IMG/VR virus record: IMGVR_UViG_3300009008_000009
Location: 1-64,000 of that record
From: a virus
Length of the DNA stretch: 64,000 bases
Reading direction: 5' to 3' (one strand)
Position 1 is the first letter of the stretch. Each line of letters opens with the position of its first letter. Below are positions 27,391 to 37,919 of this stretch, in pieces. The notes under the pieces are model-generated. The model ran no database searches and was not told the origin of the DNA. It saw only the letters and a program-made list of their open reading frames with translations. The translations under genes were made by a program, and so were the position numbers.

Positions 27391-27806
27391 AGGTAATGCG
27401 ACTCCGATTTCACTACGTGAGCTACTGGTGGATCTTGATCTTGATCTACACTGATAACAACGCACACCATCGAAGGATTTTTACCTTCCTTCATGTAGTC
27501 TTCGCAGGTATTCCACTTACGATATGGCTCTACCCAGAACTCAGCCCGCCAGTTCGACATCAGACGAACTAGGTCATCCTCGTAAACTGGACCGTTGCGC
27601 ACGACGAAGCTATGTGTGGCCGGGTGGTTATTGACCCGAGCCTTAGTAATAACCGTGGCCAGTCGTAGCAGTGTACCAGCCACTAGCGCAGCGACCAGCA
27701 ATAGACCAAGTAGATAAATTACGAATTCCACATCATCTCCGAATACCAAGTACAGTTCGAACCTCACGGGCCTTGTCTTTTCTTCCAAGGCAACGGCCAC
27801 GGTCAA
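27387..27806 (-). CDS. Membrane-anchored hypothetical protein (start uncertain)
   Basis: TM segment FVIYLLGLLLVAALVAG. Confidence 0.5.
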   Translation of the reverse strand: MTVAVALEEKTRPVRFELYLVFGDDVEFVIYLLGLLLVAALVAGTLLRLATVITKARVNNHPATHSFVVRNGPVYEDDLVRLMSNWRAEFWVEPYRKWNTCEDYMKEGKNPSMVCVVISVDQDQDPPVAHVVKSESHYL

Positions 27807-28008
27807 CTCCCATGTCCCAGACCTTGATGTACGCAGCGATGGACTTCTTTACCTGTTCCTCGCTGGTTTCCATGGGCAACGAAATGTGAAACCGGGTCTT
27901 GAGATCAGCCCCCTCACGGACATGCCAAACTATCTGGGACTCAGTATCTTGGGTGGTGTCGTGGTTAATCCACCACCCCACAACGACATCAATAAGGTCG
28001 CTGAACAA
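27733..28008 (-). CDS. Hypothetical protein
   Basis: ORF; loosely similar in architecture to 28011-28268. Confidence 0.5.
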   Translation of the reverse strand: MFSDLIDVVVGWWINHDTTQDTESQIVWHVREGADLKTRFHISLPMETSEEQVKKSIAAYIKVWDMGVDRGRCLGRKDKAREVRTVLGIRR

Positions 28009-28010
28009 GG

Positions 28011-28268
28011 TCAGTTCTCCTTGCCATAGCTAACGCCCAGCAGAAACGCACGAAGGAGCTCGTTGGCGTGGTCCTGTACTTCAGTCTCGGACACCGATAC
28101 GGAAAGAGAGAAGGTCACAAGCTCCGCCTGCGACCATCGTTCGGTATAGATAACCCACGTCGTGACCTCTTCCGTACCCTCAGGGCGGAATGATCGAACT
28201 GACTCAACATAGAATCCGGGACGTAGTTCAATCCGTTGTGGCTCGAATACAGCTCTCTTCCTCAGCAT
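28011..28268 (-). CDS. Hypothetical protein
   Basis: GAGG RBS. Confidence 0.6.
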   Translation of the reverse strand: MLRKRAVFEPQRIELRPGFYVESVRSFRPEGTEEVTTWVIYTERWSQAELVTFSLSVSVSETEVQDHANELLRAFLLGVSYGKEN

Positions 28269-28735
28269 TACGTCTGTACCTCTGTCTTGTGTTCAAGTAC
28301 ATTAAGAACTACAGAGTAAAGGATCAACTCACTTCGCTCGGCTCTTAAGAACATCAACTGTCAAAGCACTCAATACCCATGATAACAAAGTACTCAGTGT
28401 CATGAGGTGGCGGCTTGTTGGGAACTGCGAACCCTTTGGTGGCCAGCGCTCGGAGGTCGTTTAACTCCACCGACCGGCGTGCCGGTTGAATCGAACGCCG
28501 GGAATACAAGGTTTCCAGTAAAGATCTCTCCCGGGAGGTCAACTTCTTGTTCTTGTTTGCCACGTTTGTTTTCCTGAGTATAACTGGTGAACTTTGATGT
28601 TTCATCAAGGACATACCGCTACTTAGCCATACTGAGAGTTGCATCGACGCCACCACAATATGGTAAGAAGATAATATAGGTCTTTGTACTAAATCAAGTC
28701 AGATCTAGTTATGAAAGATTGAGAGGTCAAACTAA

Positions 28736-28764
28736 AAGGGTCAGCAACACTACGGCTGACCCTT
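28736..28764 (-). terminator. Intrinsic terminator after groEL
   Basis: AAGGGTCAGC/GCTGACCCTT stem followed by T-rich tract. Confidence 0.8.
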
Positions 28765-28791
28765 AGAATAATCGTAAGTGAAATGGTTAGA

Positions 28792-30435
<1,644 letters not shown>

Positions 30436-30479
30436 CCTTCCTAACTCCTGAGTAATATCACATGAAGTACAACTTAGAC

Positions 30480-30779
30480 TTACTTCTCGATCACACCGAG
30501 AATGTCAGTGCGGTTGACCAACAGATACTTCTTGTTGTCGATGTCGACTTCCGTTCCGCCGTACTTCGCGAACAGAATCTGATCACCAACATTGACGATC
30601 TGTGACAACGGTTTACGGTTCTCACGCGTGTCAGTAATGTCGTCACCAACGGCGACTACCTCACCGATCTGAGGTTGTTCCTTGGAAACCGTGTCTGGGA
30701 TGATAATCCCACCGCTGGTTTTCTCGTCCTTCTCTACTACGGTGAGAAGAACACGTTCATCAATCGGACGTACGTTCAT
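30480..30779 (-). CDS. groES: Co-chaperonin GroES
   Basis: [35 protein letters not shown]. Confidence 0.97.
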   Translation of the reverse strand: MNVRPIDERVLLTVVEKDEKTSGGIIIPDTVSKEQPQIGEVVAVGDDITDTRENRKPLSQIVNVGDQILFAKYGGTEVDIDNKKYLLVNRTDILGVIEK

Positions 30780-31455
30780 CGAGCTACTCCTCCTTCTATG
30801 TGGTTAGAATATGTCAATCTTACTACTTAGACTGCTGAATTACTTTCTCGGCCTTGGCCCACGCCACCAAAATCAGGTCGGTGGTGGCAAGTGAACACAA
30901 TGTTTCAACCTCATCGTACGAGAGCTCGGCAGGAGAGAAAGGTTTAACAACCAGCTCACGCAGTTGAGTCATGAACTCTCGGATGTACCCAGCCTTTCCA
31001 TGCGCCCAAATGAACACAGCATGTCTGGTCTGCTCGGAGCTGAGCTGCTGATCCGGTGGATCACCAACCAGAAACATCCCAGTCGGTGAGCAGTGAACAT
31101 CGTCTGCACCGTAGGGTTCCAGCCACGAAAAGAGGTCCGGGGGTCAGCTGCGAAGGTTGGGGCTTAGTCAGCGACTTGAACGTTCCCCCGAAACGGAATG
31201 ACCACTTCCAGTAAGAATCGCCTTTCTTAATACCTTGGGCTGGGTAGTCCTTCCGTGCGCGTTGCTGTGTTGCTCGTGCCATGTCAATAACCTCCTTCAA
31301 TCAGCGCCTTGCGATTTACAACCGCAAGATATGTTTCTGGCTGTGGTGTTATGGTCGGATTGTCCGGTCGGACTTCCCATTCTTCTAACCAGTTAAGGTG
31401 ATCGATAACCGCTGAAAACTTGATCAGAGTTGCGGTACCCGCTGGAAGTTTCATC

Positions 31456-31800
31456 TCAGTGGGCCGGTCGTAAAGCTGAACCCCGGTCGCCTTCCTGAAG
31501 GACGTGGTATCCGAGCTTGGCAGCCTTGCTTGCGCTGACTACCTCAATCCCAAATCCGTGAGAGTAGCTCTCATTAAACCCAATGAGATACCCAGACTCA
31601 AGTATCCACCAGATTGTTACGCTCTTACGCTGGCCGGGCCACCTTTTACTAGGATACCCGTACTCACCGTTAGAGCTGTAAGTCACGGCGACTAGCGTGT
31701 CAAAGTGACGAGACGCTGGTAGCTCGTTCGTCTCAAAGTATGATACAAGGTTGCTGGCTGGGATTGCGTTTCGTAGAGTTTCTCTCTTCTTCGATTCCAT
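31456..31800 (-). CDS. Hypothetical early protein
   Basis: Start MESKKRE with AGGAG RBS, own promoter. Confidence 0.65.
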   Translation of the reverse strand: MESKKRETLRNAIPASNLVSYFETNELPASRHFDTLVAVTYSSNGEYGYPSKRWPGQRKSVTIWWILESGYLIGFNESYSHGFGIEVVSASKAAKLGYHVLQEGDRGSALRPAH

Positions 31801-31839
31801 CTTACCATCTCCTGCGTTTCGGGGTGCTTGTAACTCGCT

Positions 31840-31875
31840 CATGTACATGATAACATTTTAAGCATCTGAAAGCAA
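31840..31875 (-). promoter_or_regulatory. Promoter TTGCTT-N17-TATCATGTACATG
   Basis: -35 at 31870-31875, -10 at 31847-31852. Confidence 0.75.
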
Positions 31876-31889
31876 GAGTTATACGGGAG

Positions 31890-32174
31890 TTACTCAGGCT
31901 CTCCATAAGGCCAGTCCACCATCTCTATTGTCTGCCCAGCTAGTTTATGAGTACTGTCGTCCAAGTAACGAATCTGTCCATCAGTGATGAACAGGTGGCA
32001 TCGATGCCCATTCGATCTGATGTCGCCGTGCGTCAGCACAGACGGTGTGATGGTTGGTTTCTCTGTATCCCCGTTCCACGACCAGCGCCCCGGCGACGTA
32101 ATGATTCCGTGGGGCTCGTCGCACCCGGGGCACCAGAAAAAGAGTTGTCCTCCTTGTACTGGCTGAACCTTCAC
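31890..32174 (-). CDS. DUF6527-like small Zn-binding protein
   Basis: FWCPGC..H, WSWNGD..KPT.TPSV, RCHLFITDGQI..L.DSTH.LAG. Confidence 0.65.
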   Translation of the reverse strand: MKVQPVQGGQLFFWCPGCDEPHGIITSPGRWSWNGDTEKPTITPSVLTHGDIRSNGHRCHLFITDGQIRYLDDSTHKLAGQTIEMVDWPYGEPE

Positions 32175-32794
32175 CGGATAGTACCAAGAGTCCGATGAGT
32201 TGTACCAGTCTTCCCAACCCCCGGAGGAAGTTCAGAAAATCCAATGTCAGTGGAAAGATCAACATGTATAGAATGTTGTTTCCGCATAGACACCGGATCA
32301 ATCACCGTCCCCCTCTCTGGTATTGTACTCGTAGCTAGATAGCGTGTCTTATACTCAGGGTTTCGCAACCGCTGGTCACGCCGTGAATGTGGATACATCC
32401 GTTTGAATATCCCCCGAATGGTCTCTGGCTTGACATCGCGGTGATACAGCATCATACAGTAGTTAGCAATGTCGACCACGTCGCCCTTGGGAATGTGCTC
32501 AACAAACATCCGAACAAGATCTTCTTCTGAGCAGATCTTGGGGTCGTCCCATCCGTGCTTGCCGTTCTCCTCACTCTGCCACTCCATCTCTTCGTTCATG
32601 GCAACTGAGAACTCCAGCACCGCCTGCTCGTCCTTACCGTCCATGGGAACTTGAGTATCGATCCAGTCACTGAGTCTAGAAACGGCGAAGAAAGTATCTT
32701 CTGGAATGTCCTCGATCTTCTTATCGCGGTCGAAAAGTACCGCTTCCAACAAGGGACGCAACTTGAACAACATGGTCTTCAACATGGTAGTCAT
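32171..32794 (-). CDS. Phage protein with KGD.VD.ANxCMM helical domain (possibly MazG-like fold)
   Basis: HGWDDP..CS..L..HIPKGDVVDIANYCMMLYHR. Confidence 0.55.
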   Translation of the reverse strand: MTTMLKTMLFKLRPLLEAVLFDRDKKIEDIPEDTFFAVSRLSDWIDTQVPMDGKDEQAVLEFSVAMNEEMEWQSEENGKHGWDDPKICSEEDLVRMFVEHIPKGDVVDIANYCMMLYHRDVKPETIRGIFKRMYPHSRRDQRLRNPEYKTRYLATSTIPERGTVIDPVSMRKQHSIHVDLSTDIGFSELPPGVGKTGTTHRTLGTIR

Positions 32795-33159
32795 GTGCCT
32801 TTTCTCCCAACTAGTTGATCAACCCCAGCTGCCTGTCCGACTTCAACCGTGCGCCATTCGCTTGAGTTAGCCATACGAAAGTAAACGGAAGCGCCGGACG
32901 GTGCCTCGAGCGCGGCCACTACGGCACTACCCATTGCAAGAGTGTTTCCGGTTCCCGCAGGGACAGTCTCTTCATCAATCACCCGACCATCGAGTACGGT
33001 AACAATATGATGTGCATCAGTTGCGTAATGTGAAAGTTCCTGCTCAGGTGAGAAATCTTTCTGAAGCAAGGTGTCCTCCGAAGGGTTGTCGACGCCGAAA
33101 CCAGCGAGCTGGTCCTTAAGCTGACCTAACTGGCGGAACCAGACATGACCGTACGTCAC
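32791..33159 (-). CDS. Hypothetical protein (5' end doubtful, overlaps pentamer array)
   Basis: ORF track; GTG start falls inside array C. Confidence 0.4.
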   Translation of the reverse strand: MTYGHVWFRQLGQLKDQLAGFGVDNPSEDTLLQKDFSPEQELSHYATDAHHIVTVLDGRVIDEETVPAGTGNTLAMGSAVVAALEAPSGASVYFRMANSSEWRTVEVGQAAGVDQLVGRKGT

Positions 33160-33180
33160 AATACCACGCCTTTCCGCTCC
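33131..33180 (-). repeat. Degenerate 5-nt periodic (N)GY-NN array C, just downstream of the RAMP-like gene
   Basis: GGAGC GGAAA GGCGT GGTAT TGTGA CGTAC GGTCA TGTCT GGTTC CGCCA; G at position 2 in 10/10 units. Confidence 0.6.
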
Positions 33181-33195
33181 GCTAGAGAAGTGGTG

Positions 33196-33750
33196 TTACT
33201 TACCGACCTTCTCAAACTTAACCACAATGAAGCGACCGAATGGTCCCTTGTTCTGCGGACGGTAGTCTCCAATGCCAATCCGACGTCCGCCGTACACGAG
33301 GGCTTCGTTTACCGTCTCCGGCTTGAAGTCCTCCTCATCGAACTCAATGTCGAACTCCAACGCCCACTCTGGAAGATGAGGACGATGGCGAACAATTCTC
33401 CCCTTGGTTGCCCGAACAACCACCGGACGTGAGTCGATCTGCCAACTCTGATTTTCATGGGGAATGGAGAAGGGAGTAATCACAATGGCACCAGAAGCGT
33501 ACAGGGATGAGAGCGTTGAACGCCCCTGCTTCTGCTTCTTACCTGCCTCGGTCAACATCGCAATAATGTGCTGCGAAGGCTGATAGATTGTACCATCTTC
33601 CATACGGTACAACGCATTTGCAGCCTGTGCCTTGTAGTCCGGGTTCTGCTTCTTCTGTTTCGGACCCGTGTCCATCTGCTCTTCGATGGGGAACCTGTTA
33701 TGTAACATCCCCGGTTCAATACCCTCGAGTCGTACATGGTAAGTCAGCAT
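33196..33750 (-). CDS. Stand-alone Cas7/RAMP-like protein
   Basis: N-terminal strand YHVRLEGIEPGMLHN, IYQPSQHIIAML (cf. RAMP PxIPGSSLKG), RIVRHRPHLPEWALEFDI, C-terminal Gly-rich loop GGRRIGIGDYRPQNKGPFGRF. Confidence 0.7.
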   Translation of the reverse strand: MLTYHVRLEGIEPGMLHNRFPIEEQMDTGPKQKKQNPDYKAQAANALYRMEDGTIYQPSQHIIAMLTEAGKKQKQGRSTLSSLYASGAIVITPFSIPHENQSWQIDSRPVVVRATKGRIVRHRPHLPEWALEFDIEFDEEDFKPETVNEALVYGGRRIGIGDYRPQNKGPFGRFIVVKFEKVGK

Positions 33751-33775
33751 CTTTCATCATCTCCGTTTGTTAAAA

Positions 33776-33855
33776 CTTCCGTACCTTACCTAACCTAGCC
33801 TGACCAATACTCTCCTCGCCCAGCGTTACCGAGCCAGACAGGACCATACCAGGCC
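33776..33855 (-). repeat. 5-nt periodic GGY-NN array A (16 units), putative guide RNA
   Basis: GGCCT GGTAT GGTCC TGTCT GGCTC GGTAA CGCTG GGCGA GGAGA GTATT GGTCA GGCTA GGTTA GGTAA GGTAC GGAAG; 13/16 start GG. Confidence 0.88.
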
Positions 33856-33890
33856 GACTTTTATGCTATGAGACTCTTGTTGACTTACAA

Positions 33891-33975
33891 ATCCCGTACC
33901 TTTCCTTACCAGACCGGACCCCTCCTTGCCATACCTTACCGGACCCCGCCCCGCAATGCCAGATCAAATCCGCCC
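33891..33975 (-). repeat. 5-nt periodic GGY-NN array B (17 units), putative guide RNA
   Basis: GGGCG GATTT GATCT GGCAT TGCGG GGCGG GGTCC GGTAA GGTAT GGCAA GGAGG GGTCC GGTCT GGTAA GGAAA GGTAC GGGAT; 14/17 start GG. Confidence 0.88.
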
Positions 33976-34010
33976 AGTTTGTATAACAACTTTCGCTTAG
34001 CAACGAAAGA

Positions 34011-34382
34011 TCATCCGTATCCATCCTTCCCGTATTCCATCTCTAACATAAGCTCCTGAATCCTGTGCCCAGCCACCCGCAAAGGATCAACCGTGTTCAT
34101 CCGTGCTGACGGATGAGGTGCATGGACAATTTCACACGGACAACATACAGATGATAATGTATCCTGTGCAACCTTTCCGAGAGCAAGAATGACCTTCGGT
34201 CGAGCCACATCTATAACCTTCTTGACGTGATTCCGGTCGACCGGCGTGTTGTCGCCACAGTAGTTTCCGACCCTTGGTGCCACCTCCTCGTACATCCAAG
34301 ACATGCAAACGTCGCCAAACGCACGGCGCAGTGTCTTGCCCACCCGGCCACCATTAAAGTTGATGACCCGGATCATCCGCAT
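34011..34382 (-). CDS. Uracil-DNA glycosylase-like fold protein (likely truncated)
   Basis: PKVILALGKVA and HAPHPSAR UDG-family C-terminal motifs. Confidence 0.55.
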   Translation of the reverse strand: MRMIRVINFNGGRVGKTLRRAFGDVCMSWMYEEVAPRVGNYCGDNTPVDRNHVKKVIDVARPKVILALGKVAQDTLSSVCCPCEIVHAPHPSARMNTVDPLRVAGHRIQELMLEMEYGKDGYG

Positions 34383-34564
34383 GCGGCCTTCGTAGCACCC
34401 TTGAGCTTTGGTGTGTAGACATCGAAGATGTCCTTCTCCGGGTCCACCAACTTGGATGCGTCGTGGCTGATAGCCCGACGTTTCAGTTCCTCGATAACCG
34501 CAGTAATTCGACGAGCTACCTGATCGATATGTTCAACGGTAGCTTCTGTTGAGTCGTAGCTCAT
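34373..34564 (-). pseudogene. N-terminal fragment of a DUF5662-like HD-domain protein
   Basis: TVEHIDQV..RAISHDASKL..EK..FD..TPKL then abrupt stop. Confidence 0.5.
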
Positions 34565-35106
34565 ACAGTCTTACCCCCTCGTTTCTTTCGGAAGGCCAGC
34601 AACCCGCTCACTGCAATCGGACGGTCTACAGTTATGTCGTCGGCGCAGAGAAGATCAGCATACTGATCCGAGTCGACCTTTCGGTACCACTCCATCTCAT
34701 CACTTGTGTATGTGTTTATAAATGACTTCGCTGCCCTGACTGCCTTGTCCTTGTCTACACCGCGACCAAGTGCCGATCCGGTGCGAGGATCGAAGGCAAG
34801 ATAAACAGATCCCCATAGACGTTTGGCAGCGGAGCGTGCGTACGGAAAGAGATCGCCGATCTGGCTGTTCAGGGCGTACCGGGTGAGATTCGCAAATGAC
34901 GATGCCCAGTCTTTCCAGTCACCAGTCGGCATTCCCCAAGTGAAGATACCAGTCGTCGGGCTCAGTGACCCCACCGCTGGCTTCTTGATCTTGACCACGT
35001 AGATCTGAACACCCCGGTGACGTCCACCATCGTGAGTGTTGGCCACGGCCTTCTTACTCAACCGCCGTTTCTTGACCCCAGTGCTATCGCGAAGAAACAG
35101 ATGCAT
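34561..35106 (-). CDS. Hypothetical protein
   Basis: Start MHLFLRD with GGAG RBS; the longer upstream extension overlaps 35084-35584. Confidence 0.6.
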   Translation of the reverse strand: MHLFLRDSTGVKKRRLSKKAVANTHDGGRHRGVQIYVVKIKKPAVGSLSPTTGIFTWGMPTGDWKDWASSFANLTRYALNSQIGDLFPYARSAAKRLWGSVYLAFDPRTGSALGRGVDKDKAVRAAKSFINTYTSDEMEWYRKVDSDQYADLLCADDITVDRPIAVSGLLAFRKKRGGKTV

Positions 35107-35584
35107 TGTCTCGGCGCTCCTTGCACTCATTACAAATGTCGCGTTCGTATTGACAGTGCGGACAGTAAATCTGGTCGCAGACTTCACACGAACGTACGTC
35201 CCCGGACAGTATCTCCCGTGGGCTGCCACCGCTTTTAACGCAGTTCGAACAGTACCACTTATCGTCAACTTCAATGGTAGACTCGTCCAACGCATAAAAG
35301 CCACAGGTGTCCTTCGACCCCCGTGGCTCGTCCCAGCGCTGACAGTGGCCGTCAGAAATGAGCTGGGTCGACCTTCCGGGGATGTGTCGATGTAGATCTT
35401 CCACGGTCGCAACCAGCAGCTCGGGTCGAGATCCCAAGTACAGGCCACCGTCGTTGTCCTGCCAGATCTCGTCACCTGCGGCGAGCTCGTACGTACCGCG
35501 AAGTCCCTTAAATCGGATGGCCAGCACCGTGTTCCGACCACCGTCGATGATCTTAGTGGTGATTGTGGCCAGCGCCTTCTTCAT
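35084..35584 (-). CDS. Cys-rich zinc-finger protein
   Basis: Multiple CxxC pairs; GAGG RBS. Confidence 0.65.
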   Translation of the reverse strand: MKKALATITTKIIDGGRNTVLAIRFKGLRGTYELAAGDEIWQDNDGGLYLGSRPELLVATVEDLHRHIPGRSTQLISDGHCQRWDEPRGSKDTCGFYALDESTIEVDDKWYCSNCVKSGGSPREILSGDVRSCEVCDQIYCPHCQYERDICNECKERRDNASVSSR

Positions 35585-36652
35585 CTAATCCTCCTCTGCA
35601 ATCCTCCTTAACTTCAGTCCCTTACTCACTGGAACCTGTACCTTCTTCTGGTGCTCAACCACCTCAACGCCGTCCTGCTGCTCTGCACCGTTCCTGAACG
35701 TGAGCAGGTTGCGTGGTCGGTAGCAATGAGGAGAGAACCAAACGGTCTCCCTCGACGCGTTCTGGACAGCTTGTGAGTTGCGGTCCTTGCTACTGCCACT
35801 GAAGCCACCTACAGCTTTCCACCTTACCTCTTCCCAGCCCGGCAGTTCGACGTAGCCTTCGTAACCGCACAGTGCAATGCGATACGTCGGATCGTCACCG
35901 TGTTCCCGGCACCAGTCGGCTGCAGCGTCCCAGACTTCCGCGCTGTCCTCATCGTACATACCCATTACCCGGTCGCCCTTGTACGGCGGATCAAGGACCA
36001 CCCCGATAGACTTGTAGGTTCCGGTTCCGTCTTCCCTTGCATTACGAACATAACCCTCCCCTGTATAGGAATCTGACAGGACACGTTCCCATGAGCCGTT
36101 ACAGATGAGGACACCGCGCAAGCGACGGTGCAATGTTTGGATGTACTTCTGGAGCTCTTCGCCATGATAGCAGTTCACCCCACATCGACCGCTGACCGGC
36201 TTCTTGACACCGGCGATGACGCTGGAGAATCCTGAACCCAACCATGCGCTGATTCCCCATAACCACTTAGCAGCGATCTCGACGTCATTCCACATCTCGT
36301 CGGACTTCAACTTGGGAATGATCAGACCACGGTTCTCTGTCAGGGCGTTGTTGACCGCCACGAGGTCCGCTTCGACGATTGGACGCTGGAGTAGCTCGAT
36401 GAGCTTGCCCGGACTATACGCAATGGCCCGCCATGCGTTAACGAGATAGCCATCGAGATCGTTGATCACCTCGTTCGGTGGGTCTTCGAAATCGATACCG
36501 GGACGACCTAAAAGAGTCGCGGCGGAACCTACAAAGGGTTCAATGAACCGTTGTGGGTTTCCAAGGCGACTCCAGATGGTTGGTGCAATGCGGCTCTTTC
36601 CACCGAAGTATGGAAAGGGTGCCTTGATAGTCTCGTTGCGTCTTAGAAGCAT
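35585..36652 (-). CDS. Dam-like (D12 class) DNA adenine methyltransferase
   Basis: PFPYFGGKS, IEPFVGS, INDLD, LDPPY. Confidence 0.9.
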   Translation of the reverse strand: MLLRRNETIKAPFPYFGGKSRIAPTIWSRLGNPQRFIEPFVGSAATLLGRPGIDFEDPPNEVINDLDGYLVNAWRAIAYSPGKLIELLQRPIVEADLVAVNNALTENRGLIIPKLKSDEMWNDVEIAAKWLWGISAWLGSGFSSVIAGVKKPVSGRCGVNCYHGEELQKYIQTLHRRLRGVLICNGSWERVLSDSYTGEGYVRNAREDGTGTYKSIGVVLDPPYKGDRVMGMYDEDSAEVWDAAADWCREHGDDPTYRIALCGYEGYVELPGWEEVRWKAVGGFSGSSKDRNSQAVQNASRETVWFSPHCYRPRNLLTFRNGAEQQDGVEVVEHQKKVQVPVSKGLKLRRIAEED

Positions 36653-36673
36653 TCTGGTCTCTGTATAGGTCAG

Positions 36674-37099
36674 TTACTTACGTTTCTTTTTCGGGGACAA
36701 CCACTTCTGCTTGGTCCAGCTCCACTTACGGATACGACGGGACTTCCCACCCTTGAACTCATAGACATAAACCGCATCGTCCTCGGTGACATCGTTCAGA
36801 TGGATACTTGGAGTGTATTCCAGCATGTCGAGTAGGTCGGGTAACGGGCCACGGAACATTCCAACCCCACCGCCCTCGCGCTTCACACCAATACCGTACA
36901 TGACCTTGTCATCCTTGGGGTTCAAGATCTCGTCAATATAGCGAGACAGGTTAGGTATGTCATTATGGTGAATGCGCTTCTCTATGTGCCGAAGGGTGGC
37001 GTCGACGGCGTCCTTTTTGAGACACCACTCGTGGTGGGCTTCAAAGTCGTCTGTATGGGGCTCTTGCCCGATGATGAGCAAATACAGGTTATGCGCCAT
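36674..37099 (-). CDS. Hypothetical protein
   Basis: Start MAHNLY with GAGG RBS. Confidence 0.55.
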   Translation of the reverse strand: MAHNLYLLIIGQEPHTDDFEAHHEWCLKKDAVDATLRHIEKRIHHNDIPNLSRYIDEILNPKDDKVMYGIGVKREGGGVGMFRGPLPDLLDMLEYTPSIHLNDVTEDDAVYVYEFKGGKSRRIRKWSWTKQKWLSPKKKRK

Positions 37100-37511
37100 T
37101 TGTACATTCCTCACGCTCCACATCTCTTGCGACGGCGCGGTACTCCCGAATAATATTCTTCGCGATTGAACGTGGCACCTTGGGTTTGTCCCCCTCTCCA
37201 AAACGAACCCAGCGCTCCCATGTCGCTCGAATAAAGTAAGACGTACGTGCCACATCCTGAACTTGATCTTCAGTGAGTTCTTGACCTTCCCACGCTGTAG
37301 GAATCGTAACACAATGATTGCGTAGAAATGCATGTTCAACCCAGTGAAGAGAAAGGAGTCGGTTTTCCATCTCCGCGAACTCTGCAAACTCCTTCCGGGC
37401 CTTATTGGTCTCTGCTCTGGTGGTAAGAGACCCATGATAATCCATAACTGCTATATACTGGTCTGGCCACAGACTGGTTTCTTCGGCTACCGACTCAGGT
37501 TGTACTTCCAC
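37089..37511 (-). CDS. Hypothetical protein
   Basis: ORF in operon. Confidence 0.55.
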   Translation of the reverse strand: MEVQPESVAEETSLWPDQYIAVMDYHGSLTTRAETNKARKEFAEFAEMENRLLSLHWVEHAFLRNHCVTIPTAWEGQELTEDQVQDVARTSYFIRATWERWVRFGEGDKPKVPRSIAKNIIREYRAVARDVEREECTNGA

Positions 37512-37523
37512 TTTTCAACTCCG

Positions 37524-37907
37524 TCACGTCTTCGGAAACAAAGTATAGTGCTTTCTGAGGTACTCTGCAACTGCGTCCAAGGTTTCCTGCGGGCAATCCT
37601 CCTCCGCCCGAACCAGATACATTGTATCGTCAGACATAAAGGCTGGGTCACCTGAGGTGAAGACCAGTAGCTTGGTACCAATGATATCTGATGTAACAAG
37701 TGGATGATCTTCAATGAGACCTACCTTGGTATCAAGACAATCGTACAGGGCATCGCACATGTCGGGAGCATTATCTTGGATAGTTCTGAAGGGGGTCACT
37801 GTATCCGCCCAGTCAAACTCAGGCTCCCCGTTGTACATGAATAGAAACATCGAAAGGTAGTGGCCCCAGTCAACCAAGTCGGAATTACTGAGTGTCTTCA
37901 ACGCCAT
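37524..37907 (-). CDS. Hypothetical protein
   Basis: GGAGG RBS. Confidence 0.65.
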   Translation of the reverse strand: MALKTLSNSDLVDWGHYLSMFLFMYNGEPEFDWADTVTPFRTIQDNAPDMCDALYDCLDTKVGLIEDHPLVTSDIIGTKLLVFTSGDPAFMSDDTMYLVRAEEDCPQETLDAVAEYLRKHYTLFPKT

Positions 37908-37919
37908 TATCAGCCTCCG

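Noticed and set aside
33776-33975. Classical CRISPR array or simple microsatellite
   Set aside because: No 23-47-bp direct repeats with spacers; units vary at the NN positions so slippage does not explain them. A G-quadruplex role is not excluded but would not need strict 5-nt phase
33868-34059. 63-aa plus-strand ORF over array B
   Set aside because: Opposite to the operon direction, no RBS, and the 5-nt (non-triplet) periodicity argues against coding
36674-36700. PKKKRK eukaryotic NLS-like tail
   Set aside because: The context is a bacteriophage with sigma70 promoters and SD sites; likely coincidental
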